Under the pieces are notes generated by a model that was not told the origin of the DNA, did no database searches, and saw only the letters and a list, made by a program, of their open reading frames with translations. Of a stretch of DNA of 64,000 nt, positions 36,669 through 47,194 are shown piece by piece. The first letter of the stretch is position 1; each line of letters begins with the position of its first letter. Made by a program: the position numbers and the translations under genes. Source of the DNA: Gammaproteobacteria bacterium (GTDB lineage: Bacteria > Pseudomonadota > Gammaproteobacteria > JAJFKG01); assembly GCA_021773335.1 (NCBI GenBank), contig JAJFKG010000050.1, positions 1,682 to 65,681 of the forward strand, written 5' to 3'.

Positions 36669-39005
36669 CTATTCAATTTCTTCCGTTTTATTATTCGGCT
36701 TAGATTGCTTAGCACTATCATCGGGCTTAACCTCAAAAACCAATTCACCCTCTTTTTCACTTAAGCTGACATGCCCACCTTTAGCAAGCTCGCCAAACAG
36801 AATTTCATCAGCCAAGTGTTTTTTGATTTGCTCTTGAATCAGACGCGCCATTGGACGAGCACCCATTGCCGGATCATAACCTTTTTCAGCCAACCAATGT
36901 TTCGCATCCTCATCGACTGAAAGGGTCACACCTTTTTGTTCAAGCTGTACTTCGAACTCAGCCAACAGTTTATCAACAACCATACTGATGGTATCTTCAT
37001 CCAAGGCTTTAAATTGGATAATGCCGTCAAGTCGGTTACGGAATTCAGGCGAGAAGGTGCGCCCAATCGCTTCCATACCGTCTGTACTGTGATCTTGTTC
37101 GGTAAAACCAATCGAGCGACGACTGACTGTTGCTGCGCCCGCATTACTGGTCATGACTAAGATAACATGACGGAAATCCGCTTTGCGCCCGTTATTGTCC
37201 GTCAAAGTACCATGATCCATGACTTGTAATAAGATATTAAAAATCTCTGGGTGTGCTTTTTCAATTTCATCGAGCAGCAACACTGAATGCGGATGTTTAG
37301 TTACTGCTTCCGTTAATTGGCCACCTTGATCATAGCCAACATAACCTGGAGGTGCACCGATCAAACGTGACACAGCGTGGCTTTCCATATATTCCGACAT
37401 GTCAAAACGTAACAACTCGACACCCAATAAATTAGCAAGCTGACGTGTCACTTCGGTTTTACCAACCCCGGTAGGTCCAGCAAATAAGAAGCTGCCCACG
37501 GGTTTATTGGGATCATTCAAACCTGAACGTGACAGTTTAATCGCTGCCGCCAATGACATGATTGCTTCATCCTGCCCAAACACCAACATTTTAAGATCGC
37601 GCTCAAGATTTTTGAGGGTATCGCGGTCTGAAGAAGAAATTTTCTTCTCGGGGATACGTGCCATCTTAGCGATGATGGCTTCAATTTCGGCAACGCCAAT
37701 GGTTTTTTTGCGTTTTGACGTAGCCAATAAGGCTTGGTGCGCCCCTGCTTCGTCAACCACATCAATCGCTTTATCTGGCAAAAAGCGATCAGTAATATAA
37801 CGGTCTGAAAGCTCTGCAGCAGCACGCATTGCCGGCATGGTGTATTTAAGGCAATGATGTTCTTCGAATCGATCTTTCAAGCCCTTGAGGATTTCCACAG
37901 TATCTTCGACCGAAGGCTCTAACACATCAATCTTTTGAAAGCGTCTCGCCAAGGCGTGATCTTTTTCAAAAATACTGCGATATTCATCATAAGTCGTCGA
38001 ACCAATACAACGTAATTCACCGTTAGACAACAAGGGCTTAATCAAATTCGAGGCATCCATGACACCACCTGAGGCAGCACCTGCACCAATAATGGTATGA
38101 ATTTCATCGATGAATAGGATCGAATGAGGTTCATCACGCAATTGCCCTAGCACGGCTTTGAGGCGTTTTTCAAAATCACCACGATATTTAGTTCCCGCTA
38201 ATAAAGCACCAAGATCAAGTGAATAAACAGTACTATTGGCAATGGGTTCTGGCACATTACCTTCAACGATCAATTTCGCTAAACCTTCTGCAATCGCAGT
38301 CTTGCCGACGCCAGCTTCACCAACCAGCAAGGGGTTATTTTTACGACGACGACCCAACACTTGAACCGCACGCAAAACTTCATCTTTACGCCCGATAAGG
38401 GGATCAATATTTCCCGCAAGCGCTTGTACATTGAGATTAGTTGCATAATTGGCAAGTGGGCTACCTTGACCACCAGTGCTACCGCCAACACCGGGTCCTT
38501 CGCCCTCTTCACCTTGACTTTCATCCTCGAGTGACTGTGGATTGCCGGGTTGCGAAGTCGGATCATTATTGATCTTAGAAATACCGTGTGAAATATAATT
38601 CACCACATCAAGGCGGGTGACATTTTCACGCTTTAAAAAGTAAACAGCATGGCTTTCTTGTTCACTGAAAATGGCTGCCAGCACATTCGCACCGGTCACT
38701 TCGTTTTTACCCGCAGATTGCACGTGGAAAACCGCGCGCTGTAAAACACGCTGAAAGCCCAAAGTAGGTTGGGTTTCACGATCGTCTTCATTCGCGGGAA
38801 TAATGGGTGTGGTTTCACCAATAAATTTGCCGAGTTCCGTGCGCAACTGGCCGAGATTGGCTCCACAAGCGCGTAACACACTCGCTGCCGCCGAATTGTC
38901 GAGCAGAGCTAATAATAAATGTTCCACGGTCATGAATTCATGACGCCTATCCCTGGCTTCTTTGAAAGCCAAATTTAGCGTGAATTCAAGTTCTTTATCT
39001 AACAT
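36669..39005 (-). CDS. clpA: ATP-dependent Clp protease ATPase subunit
   Basis: [13 protein letters not shown]; two Walker A motifs, GEAGVGKT and GPTGVGKT. Confidence 0.97.
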   Translation of the reverse strand: MLDKELEFTLNLAFKEARDRRHEFMTVEHLLLALLDNSAAASVLRACGANLGQLRTELGKFIGETTPIIPANEDDRETQPTLGFQRVLQRAVFHVQSAGKNEVTGANVLAAIFSEQESHAVYFLKRENVTRLDVVNYISHGISKINNDPTSQPGNPQSLEDESQGEEGEGPGVGGSTGGQGSPLANYATNLNVQALAGNIDPLIGRKDEVLRAVQVLGRRRKNNPLLVGEAGVGKTAIAEGLAKLIVEGNVPEPIANSTVYSLDLGALLAGTKYRGDFEKRLKAVLGQLRDEPHSILFIDEIHTIIGAGAASGGVMDASNLIKPLLSNGELRCIGSTTYDEYRSIFEKDHALARRFQKIDVLEPSVEDTVEILKGLKDRFEEHHCLKYTMPAMRAAAELSDRYITDRFLPDKAIDVVDEAGAHQALLATSKRKKTIGVAEIEAIIAKMARIPEKKISSSDRDTLKNLERDLKMLVFGQDEAIMSLAAAIKLSRSGLNDPNKPVGSFLFAGPTGVGKTEVTRQLANLLGVELLRFDMSEYMESHAVSRLIGAPPGYVGYDQGGQLTEAVTKHPHSVLLLDEIEKAHPEIFNILLQVMDHGTLTDNNGRKADFRHVILVMTSNAGAATVSRRSIGFTEQDHSTDGMEAIGRTFSPEFRNRLDGIIQFKALDEDTISMVVDKLLAEFEVQLEQKGVTLSVDEDAKHWLAEKGYDPAMGARPMARLIQEQIKKHLADEILFGELAKGGHVSLSEKEGELVFEVKPDDSAKQSKPNNKTEEIE

Positions 39006-39029
39006 CGCGCACCTCCAGCAGAACCACCC

Positions 39030-39350
39030 CTAGGCTGGTTCCATAGTACATAATAGAGGGTACTCATTGAGGCGGGCGAATTCATTCACTTGTGCGACTT
39101 TGGTTTCAGCCACTTCGTGGGTAAACACACCACACACACCTTGTCCCGTATTATGCACCAGCAACATTATCTCTGTTGCTTTTTCCTTGTTAAAATTGAA
39201 TATTACCTCTAACAACTCAATTACGAATTCCATAGGCGTATAATCGTCATTGAGAAGTATTACTTTATACATCGTGGGGCGGGCAACTTCTGGTGTAGCC
39301 TCTTCCGCTACAACACCCCATTCGTTCTCTCTCTCTCGCTTGCCGGTCAT
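39030..39350 (-). CDS. clpS: Clp protease adaptor
   Basis: [16 protein letters not shown] and AETKV. Confidence 0.97.
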   Translation of the reverse strand: MTGKRERENEWGVVAEEATPEVARPTMYKVILLNDDYTPMEFVIELLEVIFNFNKEKATEIMLLVHNTGQGVCGVFTHEVAETKVAQVNEFARLNEYPLLCTMEPA

Positions 39351-39674
39351 ATATACAATATTAGTCTATTTAAAATTAATTTATGCATTTCTCTTCAATG
39401 ACAGCAAATTTCATAACGAATTCCACAACTTACGCTAACTGACAAAAGCAGCGTAACTCATTGTTGTCGTACTGATTTTGCTGTTTGGGCGAGAAAGCTC
39501 AAGCAGATTAATGCGTTTAAATCAACACTTAACTGTTCATTTGTTGAGCATTATATCAAACATTGGTTAGCAGAACTACTTATATTGTGCGCCATAGCGG
39601 GGTAATAATGTATTCTCGCTGCGTTTGCCGGCTTGTCACCAAGGCAATGTAAGTCTGGGCAGTAATAGAGAGAA

Positions 39675-39771
39675 GGCTACAAATGAGCTTGGCGCAAAGA
39701 CTGTAGTCTACAAAAGCTCAAGACTACGACACGCAAGCCCTTAGAGATCCTTCACTACGCTTAGGACGACA
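39675..39771. repeat. Degenerate remnants of the composite element and a TGTC-REP
   Basis: GAGCTTGGCGCAAAGACTGTAGTCTAC resembles the layer-3 right end; AGATCCTTCACTACGCTTAGGACGACA is a TGTC-REP half. Confidence 0.6.
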
Positions 39772-39790
39772 TAGCTTCTGCAAAACCTTG

Positions 39791-41047
39791 TCACATATTT
39801 TTGATAACGGCTTGTCCAAACTCAGAGCAGCTCAGCAATTTAGCACCACTCATTAAGCGCTCAAAATCATAAGTCACCGTTTTGGCTTTAATCGCCCCTT
39901 GCATACCTTTGATGACCAACTCCGCCGCTTCAGTCCAACCCATGTGACGTAACATCATTTCACCTGAAAGGATCAATGAACCCGGGTTTACTTTATCTTT
40001 GCCTGCGTATTTAGGTGCGGTACCGTGCGTCGCTTCAAACATCGCAATGGTGTCACTCAAGTTTGCACCCGGCGCAATACCGATACCACCAACTTGTGCT
40101 GCCAAGGCATCAGAGACATAATCACCATTAAGATTTAAGGTCGCAATCACGCTATATTCTTTCGGACGCAATAAGATTTGTTGCAAGAAGGCATCAGCGA
40201 TGACATCTTTGATAACGATTTCTTTGCCAGTATTCGGATTTTTAAAGGAATGCCAAGGGCCACCATCCAACGCTTTCGCGCCAAACTTATCGCGTGCAAC
40301 CGCATAACCCCAGTCTTTGAATGCGCCTTCGGTAAACTTCATGATGTTACCTTTATGCACCAAAGTCACTGAGTCACGGTCATTGTCGATGGCGTATTGG
40401 ATCGCTTTAGCCACTAAGCGAGTGGTCCCTTCCTGTGAAACAGGTTTAATACCAATACCGCAGTTTTGTGGGAAACGGATTTTTTCCACTCCCATATCGT
40501 TACGCAAAAAGGCGATGACTTTATCGGCTTCAGCGGTACCGGCTTGCCATTCAATACCGGCGTAAATATCTTCAGAATTTTCACGAAAAATCACCATATC
40601 AGTGTCTTCAGGCGCTTTGACTGGGCTGGGCGTACCCGCAAAATAACGCACCGGGCGTAAACAAACGAATAAATCAAGCTGTTGGCGCAAAGCCACATTC
40701 AGAGAACGAATCCCGCCACCGACCGGTGTGGTCAACGGGCCTTTGATGGAAACCACATAATCACGCACAGCCTCTAATGTTTCTTCAGGTAACCAAGTAT
40801 CTTTGTCATACACTTGTGTGGCTTTTTCACCAGCATAGACTTCCATCCACGCAATCTTGCGTTTGCCACCATAGGCTTTTTCGATCGCAGCATCGAGCAC
40901 TTCACGCATCGGCGGCGTGACGTCTACGCCAATCCCATCGCCTTCGATAAAGGGGATAATGGGGTTATTAGGAACGTTAAGTGAATCATCATTATTAACG
41001 GTTATTTTTTCACCAGAATTAGGAACTTGGATGTGTTGATATGCCAT
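39791..41047 (-). CDS. icd: NADP-dependent isocitrate dehydrogenase (dimeric)
   Basis: [42 protein letters not shown]. Start moved to ATG 41047. Confidence 0.97.
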   Translation of the reverse strand: MAYQHIQVPNSGEKITVNNDDSLNVPNNPIIPFIEGDGIGVDVTPPMREVLDAAIEKAYGGKRKIAWMEVYAGEKATQVYDKDTWLPEETLEAVRDYVVSIKGPLTTPVGGGIRSLNVALRQQLDLFVCLRPVRYFAGTPSPVKAPEDTDMVIFRENSEDIYAGIEWQAGTAEADKVIAFLRNDMGVEKIRFPQNCGIGIKPVSQEGTTRLVAKAIQYAIDNDRDSVTLVHKGNIMKFTEGAFKDWGYAVARDKFGAKALDGGPWHSFKNPNTGKEIVIKDVIADAFLQQILLRPKEYSVIATLNLNGDYVSDALAAQVGGIGIAPGANLSDTIAMFEATHGTAPKYAGKDKVNPGSLILSGEMMLRHMGWTEAAELVIKGMQGAIKAKTVTYDFERLMSGAKLLSCSEFGQAVIKNM

Positions 41048-41144
41048 GACCATTGCCTCATGCTTTTTGCGAATTATTCGGGCCGCAAGCATACCATCAT
41101 TAATACACCTTGGAAATATTGGTCTATTTCGATACAATCACCTC

Positions 41145-41344
41145 TGTTATCCTGAGCTGGTGATTCCCCACGAATATGTGCATGAATAGAAATATAAGCC
41201 TGAGTATAGACTACTGTCTTTGCGTCAAGCCCAGATGTAGCCTTGATAAGCGCCACCGGCGCGCATCAAGGGAATGTATTAGCAAAGACTGATCCTTGAT
41301 GCGCCGCTACGCGGCTTATCAAGGCTACAAAACTCAGGGTGACG
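41145..41344. mobile_element. Nested composite element with a family-A REP doublet, in the icd/mnmA divergent region
   Basis: Order is TGTTATCCTGAGC, TCCCCACGAATA, TAGACTACTGTCTTTGCGTCAAGCCCAGAT, REP-A doublet (41237-41328), CTCAGGGTGACG. Confidence 0.8.
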
Positions 41345-41391
41345 AAGTTGGGAGAATACTTAAGTGACGAATTTATTTAAAAGAGCAAGCC

Positions 41392-42474
41392 ATGTCTAAC
41401 CATCACATTAAAGTCATCGTCGGGATGTCGGGCGGGGTCGATTCTTCCGTCAGCGCCCTATTGCTGCAGCAACAAGGCTATCACGTCGAAGGCTTATTCA
41501 TGAAAAACTGGGAAGAAGACGATAGTGAAGAATATTGCTCTGCTACCGAAGATGTCGCTGATGCGCAAGGCGTCTGTGATCACCTCGGCATTAAATTACA
41601 TCGCGTTAATTTTGCTGCCGAATATTGGGATCGCGTGTTTGAGTATTTTCTTGCTGAATACAAAGCCGGTCGCACCCCCAATCCTGATATTTTATGTAAT
41701 AAAGAAGTTAAATTTCGCGCCTTTCTCGATTATGCGCAAATGCTCGGTGCCAACTGTATTGCCACGGGACATTATGCGCGTATTCACCAACATGGCGATG
41801 CTTACCAATTGCGTAAAGGCTTAGACAACAATAAAGATCAAAGTTATTTCTTATATACGCTGGGGCAGCAGCAATTAAAACACAGTCTATTCCCCGTCGG
41901 TGAACTAGAAAAACCTCAAGTACGCGCCCTCGCCGCCGAGCATGGTTTTGACAATCACAATAAAAAAGATAGTACCGGAATATGTTTTATCGGCGAACGC
42001 AAATTTAAAGACTTTTTACAACGTTATCTGCCGGCGCAACCAGGCCCCATCAAAACACCCGAAGGCAATACTCTCGGCCAACACCAAGGCTTAATGTATT
42101 ACACACTGGGACAGCGTAAAGGTATTGGCATCGGTGGACAACACGATGCGGCCGAAGACGCCTGGTATGTGTTACAAAAAGATTTGAGCGATAACACGTT
42201 AATCGTAGGCCAGGGACACGCTCACCCCTTACTCTTGCGTGAAGCCTTGACGTGCCAACAATTGCATTGGGTGGATGATATCGCGCCACACATGCCGTTG
42301 CAGTGCGTGGCAAAAACCCGCTATCGCCAGCCTGATCAAGCCTGCGAAATCAGTCATATCGATGATGATTGTTACCATGTGCAATTCAAACAGGCACAAC
42401 GTGCGATAACGCCGGGCCAATCGGTGGTATTTTATGATGGAGAAGTGTGTTTAGGTGGTGGTGTGATTCAGTGA
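41392..42474 (+). CDS. mnmA: tRNA-specific 2-thiouridylase
   Basis: [39 protein letters not shown]. Confidence 0.98.
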   Translation: MSNHHIKVIVGMSGGVDSSVSALLLQQQGYHVEGLFMKNWEEDDSEEYCSATEDVADAQGVCDHLGIKLHRVNFAAEYWDRVFEYFLAEYKAGRTPNPDILCNKEVKFRAFLDYAQMLGANCIATGHYARIHQHGDAYQLRKGLDNNKDQSYFLYTLGQQQLKHSLFPVGELEKPQVRALAAEHGFDNHNKKDSTGICFIGERKFKDFLQRYLPAQPGPIKTPEGNTLGQHQGLMYYTLGQRKGIGIGGQHDAAEDAWYVLQKDLSDNTLIVGQGHAHPLLLREALTCQQLHWVDDIAPHMPLQCVAKTRYRQPDQACEISHIDDDCYHVQFKQAQRAITPGQSVVFYDGEVCLGGGVIQ

Positions 42475-42537
42475 AACTATCCAACCCACGCTGTCTGGTA
42501 CATTTGCGCGGGTTAGATAAAGTTTGTTTTATATCAG

Positions 42538-43212
42538 CTACTGAGGACCGGGGGTTTCTTCTGCTAGGTCTTCTTGTTCAGGACAGTCTGAACGCTGTGG
42601 TTGAGACGGCTGAACTGTGCGTATCAGGATATCCCCAGCCAAGATGATTTTAAAACCCTCTAAAGGGCTAATCCCCTTTTCCGCAACAATACGCTGAAAC
42701 TTAGCAAGCGCAGCGGGGTCTGATAACATACCATTCAACTTAGACTCTAAAGCGTCAAGCTCAGCATTCGTCAACGCAGTATCACCTTTATTGGCTATTT
42801 TTTCACTAGAAAACAAACAAAATGGATTTGGATTTTCGTATCGCGTCGGATGTTTCCACGATTCCTGACCTACTGTTAGACGATTATTGGCAATTGCTGT
42901 AACCAGCTCTGGATCTCTATAATCATCAAAGCGAAAATTATGTCCTAGATGATTTTTCTTAAAGCTATGCGGGACATGGATCTGAGCTGTCTTGACGTCA
43001 AATCCAACTCGCGAGACCGACACTCTAAAATATGCCAGCGTAGCACCACTTCCATCGCTAGATGCCGCATGAAAACTTGGCGAATAACCTCGCTCTGCTG
43101 AAAATCGCTCTACATGAAATTGAAGGGAAATTGCACCAGCAGGTTGCTGTTGTTTTGCCTGCTGTGATAATTCACCTTTCTGCCATTTGTCTTTGTCTGG
43201 ATGCGCTGCCAT
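42538..43212 (-). CDS. Hypothetical orphan protein with an acidic C-terminus
   Basis: 224-aa ORF, SD GAGG before ATG 43212; no recognised family. Confidence 0.7.
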   Translation of the reverse strand: MAAHPDKDKWQKGELSQQAKQQQPAGAISLQFHVERFSAERGYSPSFHAASSDGSGATLAYFRVSVSRVGFDVKTAQIHVPHSFKKNHLGHNFRFDDYRDPELVTAIANNRLTVGQESWKHPTRYENPNPFCLFSSEKIANKGDTALTNAELDALESKLNGMLSDPAALAKFQRIVAEKGISPLEGFKIILAGDILIRTVQPSQPQRSDCPEQEDLAEETPGPQ

Positions 43213-43498
43213 AAAGAATTCCTCTCGGTCTATCAAATTGATTTATAATGCGAAATCAGCCGTTTTTGTTTAGCTGGCCAATTCATGACTGGAGCTATTT
43301 TAACCAAAAGCACGAGTTTTGTCCAGGGTGGCTGTGTTTATTTTGACCGAAAAGTGGATATATTATTCATTTTAAAACAAAATTATTTTTTAATTTTGCA
43401 TAAAAATAAGCAAGAAGTGTCTTAAATTGTGTTTAAAAACTGAGCCTGGCCTCAACCAGGGTAGGAAAAATAAGCCCATGGCACTCGGCGACCAGGCG

Positions 43499-44485
43499 TC
43501 AGCCCTCTTCAGCTAATTGATGTTGTAATGACACTTGGAGCTGTTTGATTTTTTGCAACGGTAGTCCGGTAATATCAGCAATCATTTCCAAAGATTGGCC
43601 TCTATTTATCATACGTCGGGCAACTGTCTGTGTCGCATTTAGACTACCCCGCTCTATCCCTTGCTCTATCCCTTGTACTATGCCCTGTTCAAACGCTTTA
43701 CCATTCATATATTCAGCTAGTGTAATACCCATTTTATCTCCATGCTTCTCTTCCAACGAGTTAAATATTATATCGATTAATTCTTGTGGGCGCTCAGCCA
43801 CAGTTGTATAAGCCACATATTTTACCGTTGAGAGCATAAAATTAATAGCACCCGCATAAATAAGGTCATCAAGTAATTCAATCACAGTGTGAACATTAGC
43901 TTCAATAGTGCGCAGCTGGGTATGCTTGAGCACAAACTCCATCACGCCAGACCAAGCTTGTTTCGTGATTTCTTCATCACTTAGCTGAGTTAAATCAACC
44001 AACCGAAATGGCTGCAAGAAAATGCGCTCTATCAGTTTATCAGGCGCATTAACCAATGCCTTAATATCTTGACTCGCATGATAAGGTCGGCGCCCCGCAT
44101 ATAAAACTATCGGATAAACTAATGGTAACGGCTTTTCATTTTTTTTATTTTGATGGGCTTCCATAATGCTTAAGACGTACTTCCACATACGCAAAGGCAT
44201 CATTTTATCGCATGTGCTTTGGTGCTCTACTAATACATAAATAAAACTATTTTTGCCTCCAATCTTTGCAGAAAATAGCACATCACTTTTTAATAATGTG
44301 AGACCTTTTTCTACGTAGGTGTCAGGTTCAAGTCGCAATGAATCGAAATCCACTTGTCTTTTTATATCAGAGGGTAAGTGGTTCTGCAAAAATGCCTTCG
44401 CAACTTTTTTCTCGGTCATAGCGTGGCGAAAGAAACGATCATGTAAGGAATGCCGGCGAAGCTTTTTTTGTTTTTTTATTTTCAT
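43499..44485 (-). CDS. Rpn/YhgA-family PD-(D/E)XK nuclease
   Basis: HDRFFR, SDVLFS, YVLVEHQS, PLVYPIVLY, GIEQ repeats, IADITGL. Confidence 0.92.
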   Translation of the reverse strand: MKIKKQKKLRRHSLHDRFFRHAMTEKKVAKAFLQNHLPSDIKRQVDFDSLRLEPDTYVEKGLTLLKSDVLFSAKIGGKNSFIYVLVEHQSTCDKMMPLRMWKYVLSIMEAHQNKKNEKPLPLVYPIVLYAGRRPYHASQDIKALVNAPDKLIERIFLQPFRLVDLTQLSDEEITKQAWSGVMEFVLKHTQLRTIEANVHTVIELLDDLIYAGAINFMLSTVKYVAYTTVAERPQELIDIIFNSLEEKHGDKMGITLAEYMNGKAFEQGIVQGIEQGIERGSLNATQTVARRMINRGQSLEMIADITGLPLQKIKQLQVSLQHQLAEEG

Positions 44486-44662
44486 GCCAGTCTCTCATGT
44501 AAAAGAGTAGCTACACTTTACCTGAAAAACTACGCAACAGATGTAGGAAATTGTCCAGAGATGTTAATTTTTTTCAGTAAACATAACGTTACTTAGATCA
44601 TAACAACACACAAGACTGCGACAATGATTAGCCCTGCGTGCTGTTACTAATGACTGATAACA

Positions 44663-44935
44663 TTAATGGACGGTATTATCAACAGCAAGGCGCAAGCGTG
44701 GTTTTTTACGCTGTTCTTCTGCGCCAGCACGCACGACTTCGAATTCTTCATAAATTTCTGAACTCGCCGCATCAACAATTTCAACCGCTTCTTTATCTTG
44801 ATCTAATAGCACCACATCCAATTCTATATTGTCGAAATTTTCAATGCCGTATTGCTCTTGGAACATCTTCAGCATACTCGCTAAGCTCTCGATGGCTTCA
44901 TTAGTATTATGTAGTCCCTGAAATCTGATCTTCAT
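44663..44935 (-). CDS. Small acidic hypothetical protein
   Basis: 90 aa, SD GGAG, C-terminal tail KPRLRLAVDNTVH. Confidence 0.7.
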   Translation of the reverse strand: MKIRFQGLHNTNEAIESLASMLKMFQEQYGIENFDNIELDVVLLDQDKEAVEIVDAASSEIYEEFEVVRAGAEEQRKKPRLRLAVDNTVH

Positions 44936-45060
44936 GCTCTTACTCCGCGTCTTTTGCTCCCAGTGGGTTAACGGCAGTCTGCTCAATAACTTAAACGCAC
45001 CCAGCAGATAACTCGTTGTTTATGAGAAAATAATAGGCAAGATCAGTGCCACAGAATTGT

Positions 45061-45276
45061 TCACAAAAGAAGTGATAGAATAAACGGCAAAAAAACTAAC
45101 GCAGCTAAAGCAACTAGCTTTGCTGTCATGCCCTTGGCAAAATAAGGCATTACAATCAAGGCAATCCCGGTGAAGGCAAAATAGAGATTTTTTTTCTTGC
45201 CGTAACCAATATAAATCATACCAATTATTGAAGAGACAATCGGAATAATTAAGAGTTTCAGGTCAAATTGCGGCAC
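45061..45276 (-). CDS. Small membrane protein
   Basis: Three hydrophobic segments with a YGKK motif and PYF. GTG start follows AAGGAAG. Confidence 0.65.
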   Translation of the reverse strand: MPQFDLKLLIIPIVSSIIGMIYIGYGKKKNLYFAFTGIALIVMPYFAKGMTAKLVALAALVFLPFILSLLL

Positions 45277-45392
45277 GCTAACTTCCTTTTTTGCCATTAC
45301 CAAGATGACAAATGGACACAAATAAAACTATTTATGCCTATTTTCAAGAAAACATAGTATACTACGCGCATTCAAACTGTAAAGATAAGCAA

Positions 45393-46415
45393 ATGATTCT
45401 AATAGATAACCAAGATATTCGTGAAGCTCGTCTCAACCTCGCGCTCGAGGAATACGCCGTCCGCAACTTGGACTTAGACGATAGCCACCTGCTTTTTTAT
45501 ATCAATGACCCAGCCATCATTATTGGTAAGCATCAAAATACCACTGAAGAAATCAACGCCGCTTATGTCAAGCAAAACAATATTCACGTGGTGCGCCGTA
45601 TCTCTGGTGGTGGTGCTGTCTACCACGATAACGGTAATTTAAATTTTAGTTTTATCACCCACTTTAGCAACGATAACTTCAATAATTATGAAAAATTTAC
45701 TAGGCCCGTCATCGAAGCATTAAACCAACTCGGCGTAAACGCTGAATTAGAGGGGCGTAATGATATTGTCGTCGCTGGGCGTAAAATCTCAGGTAATGCA
45801 CAATATCGTTGGAAAGATCAAATGCTCAGTCATGGCACCCTGCTGTTCGACACCAATTTGGAAAACGTAGTACAGGCATTAAATGTCAGCGCTGAGAAAA
45901 TCATATCTAAAGGGATCAAATCGATCCGTAGTCGCGTAGCTAACATCAAAGAATTTTTGCCACGCGACATGAACATTGAAGAGTTTCGCCAAATATTGCT
46001 CGAGCATATCTTTGCTGCACAAAAGGATATCCCTCAACGTCCATTCAATGAGCATGATTGGGATGCAATTCAAACTTTGGCGCGTGAAAAATACCATAGC
46101 TGGGATTGGAATTATGGCCGTTCGCCAGCGTTTAACCTACAGCGTCGCAAACGCTTTGCTATCGGTACTATCGACATTAAGCTCGATGTTATGCGTGGCT
46201 TGATCAAAAACACTAAAATCTACGGCGACTTCTTCGCGCAAAATGATATTCGTGAACTTGAAAAACAACTCATCGGCACACGTTATGATTTCGATGCATT
46301 AAAGATGGGCTTGCGGAATTTTCCTTTGGATGCCTATTTCGGTGGCAGCTTAGATCGCGATGAGTTTGTACGGTTTGTGTGCGGCTTGGATGAGAGTAAT
46401 GCTAGCGCAGAATGA
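45393..46415 (+). CDS. lplA: Lipoate-protein ligase (LplA/LplJ type)
   Basis: NLALEE, VRRISGGGAVYHD, GRKISGNAQ, HGTLLF, KGIKSIRSRV, WDWNYGRSP. Confidence 0.93.
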   Translation: MILIDNQDIREARLNLALEEYAVRNLDLDDSHLLFYINDPAIIIGKHQNTTEEINAAYVKQNNIHVVRRISGGGAVYHDNGNLNFSFITHFSNDNFNNYEKFTRPVIEALNQLGVNAELEGRNDIVVAGRKISGNAQYRWKDQMLSHGTLLFDTNLENVVQALNVSAEKIISKGIKSIRSRVANIKEFLPRDMNIEEFRQILLEHIFAAQKDIPQRPFNEHDWDAIQTLAREKYHSWDWNYGRSPAFNLQRRKRFAIGTIDIKLDVMRGLIKNTKIYGDFFAQNDIRELEKQLIGTRYDFDALKMGLRNFPLDAYFGGSLDRDEFVRFVCGLDESNASAE

Positions 46416-46492
46416 TGGTCGGGACGGCCGGATTTGAACCGGCGACCACTTGCGCCCCATGCAAGTACGCTACCAGGCTGCGCCACGCCCCG
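46416..46492 (-). tRNA. tRNA-Pro (GGG)
   Basis: CGGGGCGTGGCGCAGCCTGGTAGCG...CTTGC-ATGGGGC-GCAAG...GGTTCAAATCC...CCA; 77 nt. Confidence 0.96.
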
Positions 46493-46590
46493 ACAAAGGG
46501 TTTGTTATTTGATGCGCACAAAAAATGTACATCGATAATAAAGGCGAAAGTATACAGGGTTGGGGTGAGTGGTGCCAGTGGTACGCATTC

Positions 46591-46667
46591 AAGGGCGATG
46601 CACCATCGCCCTTTCGTCGAGAGCGCATCACGCTCGACAGACGCAAGTGGTGGCGCGGAGGATGACG
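46591..46667. repeat. Cluster of short REP-like hairpins upstream of tRNA-Pro
   Basis: AAGGGCGATG-CAC-CATCGCCCTT; GTCGAG..CTCGAC; GCGCGGAGGATGACG matches the REP half seen in rarA. Confidence 0.55.
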
Positions 46668-46710
46668 AGGGTTGCTTGAAGCGAGGATTTTGCGCACCCT
46701 CAGTGCACAG

Positions 46711-47007
46711 CATAGCGTTCCCCATAAAAACTGGGCAAAGCCTACAGATATCACAGAAGATACCGCCTATAAATTGGTTATATGCAATCCTGTAGCCTAC
46801 TGTCTTTGGGTCAAGCCCAGAGGTAGCCCGGATAAGTGGCGCAGCAACGTCATCCGGGAACAGCAATGGCAAACACTCTCCCCGGATGACGCGCGTGCCG
46901 CGCTTATCCGGGCTACCTGTGTGGCAATGATTGACAATAATAAGCCAACCAGCGATACCTCATCATCTCTTTAACAACCGTTGAACTGACTTATGGGGGA
47001 CGCTATG
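46711..47007. mobile_element. 297-bp IS4-like MITE carrying a family-B REP doublet
   Basis: TIRs CATAGCGTTCCCCATAA and TTATGGGGGACGCTATG match at 16/17. Flanks GTGCACAG and GGGCACAG are a possible 8-bp target-site duplication. Confidence 0.7.
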
Positions 47008-47064
47008 GGGCACAGACCGAGCGAGGCGTCTTTTAATTTTGGCGAAGGAGCGCTTTTGAACATC

Positions 47065-47194
47065 CTTTAAAGCAAGTAGTTTGTGCGTGAGCAAGGCGCG
47101 GCGATTTTTTTACGAGGGAGTTTATATGACATAAATGACCGAGTAAAAAGAATCGCCGCAACAAAGCTCACGTGCAAAATACGCAGCTTTAAAG
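47065..47194. mobile_element. ~130-bp palindromic element (MITE/RPE-like) with a tandem-GA core
   Basis: Outer CTTTAAAGC and GCTTTAAAG; inner GCGGCGATTTTTTTAC and GTAAAAAGAATCGCCGC; core GAGGGAGTTTA..TAAATGACCGAG. Confidence 0.7.

Noticed and set aside
43499-44485. Rpn gene as the transposase mobilising the REP/MITE elements
   Set aside because: It has no flanking TIRs or REPs, and Rpn proteins are PD-(D/E)XK nucleases, not HUH or DDE transposases.
46402-46872. 156-aa and 127-aa ORFs spanning tRNA-Pro
   Set aside because: They run across the tRNA and repeat DNA and have no protein-like signature.
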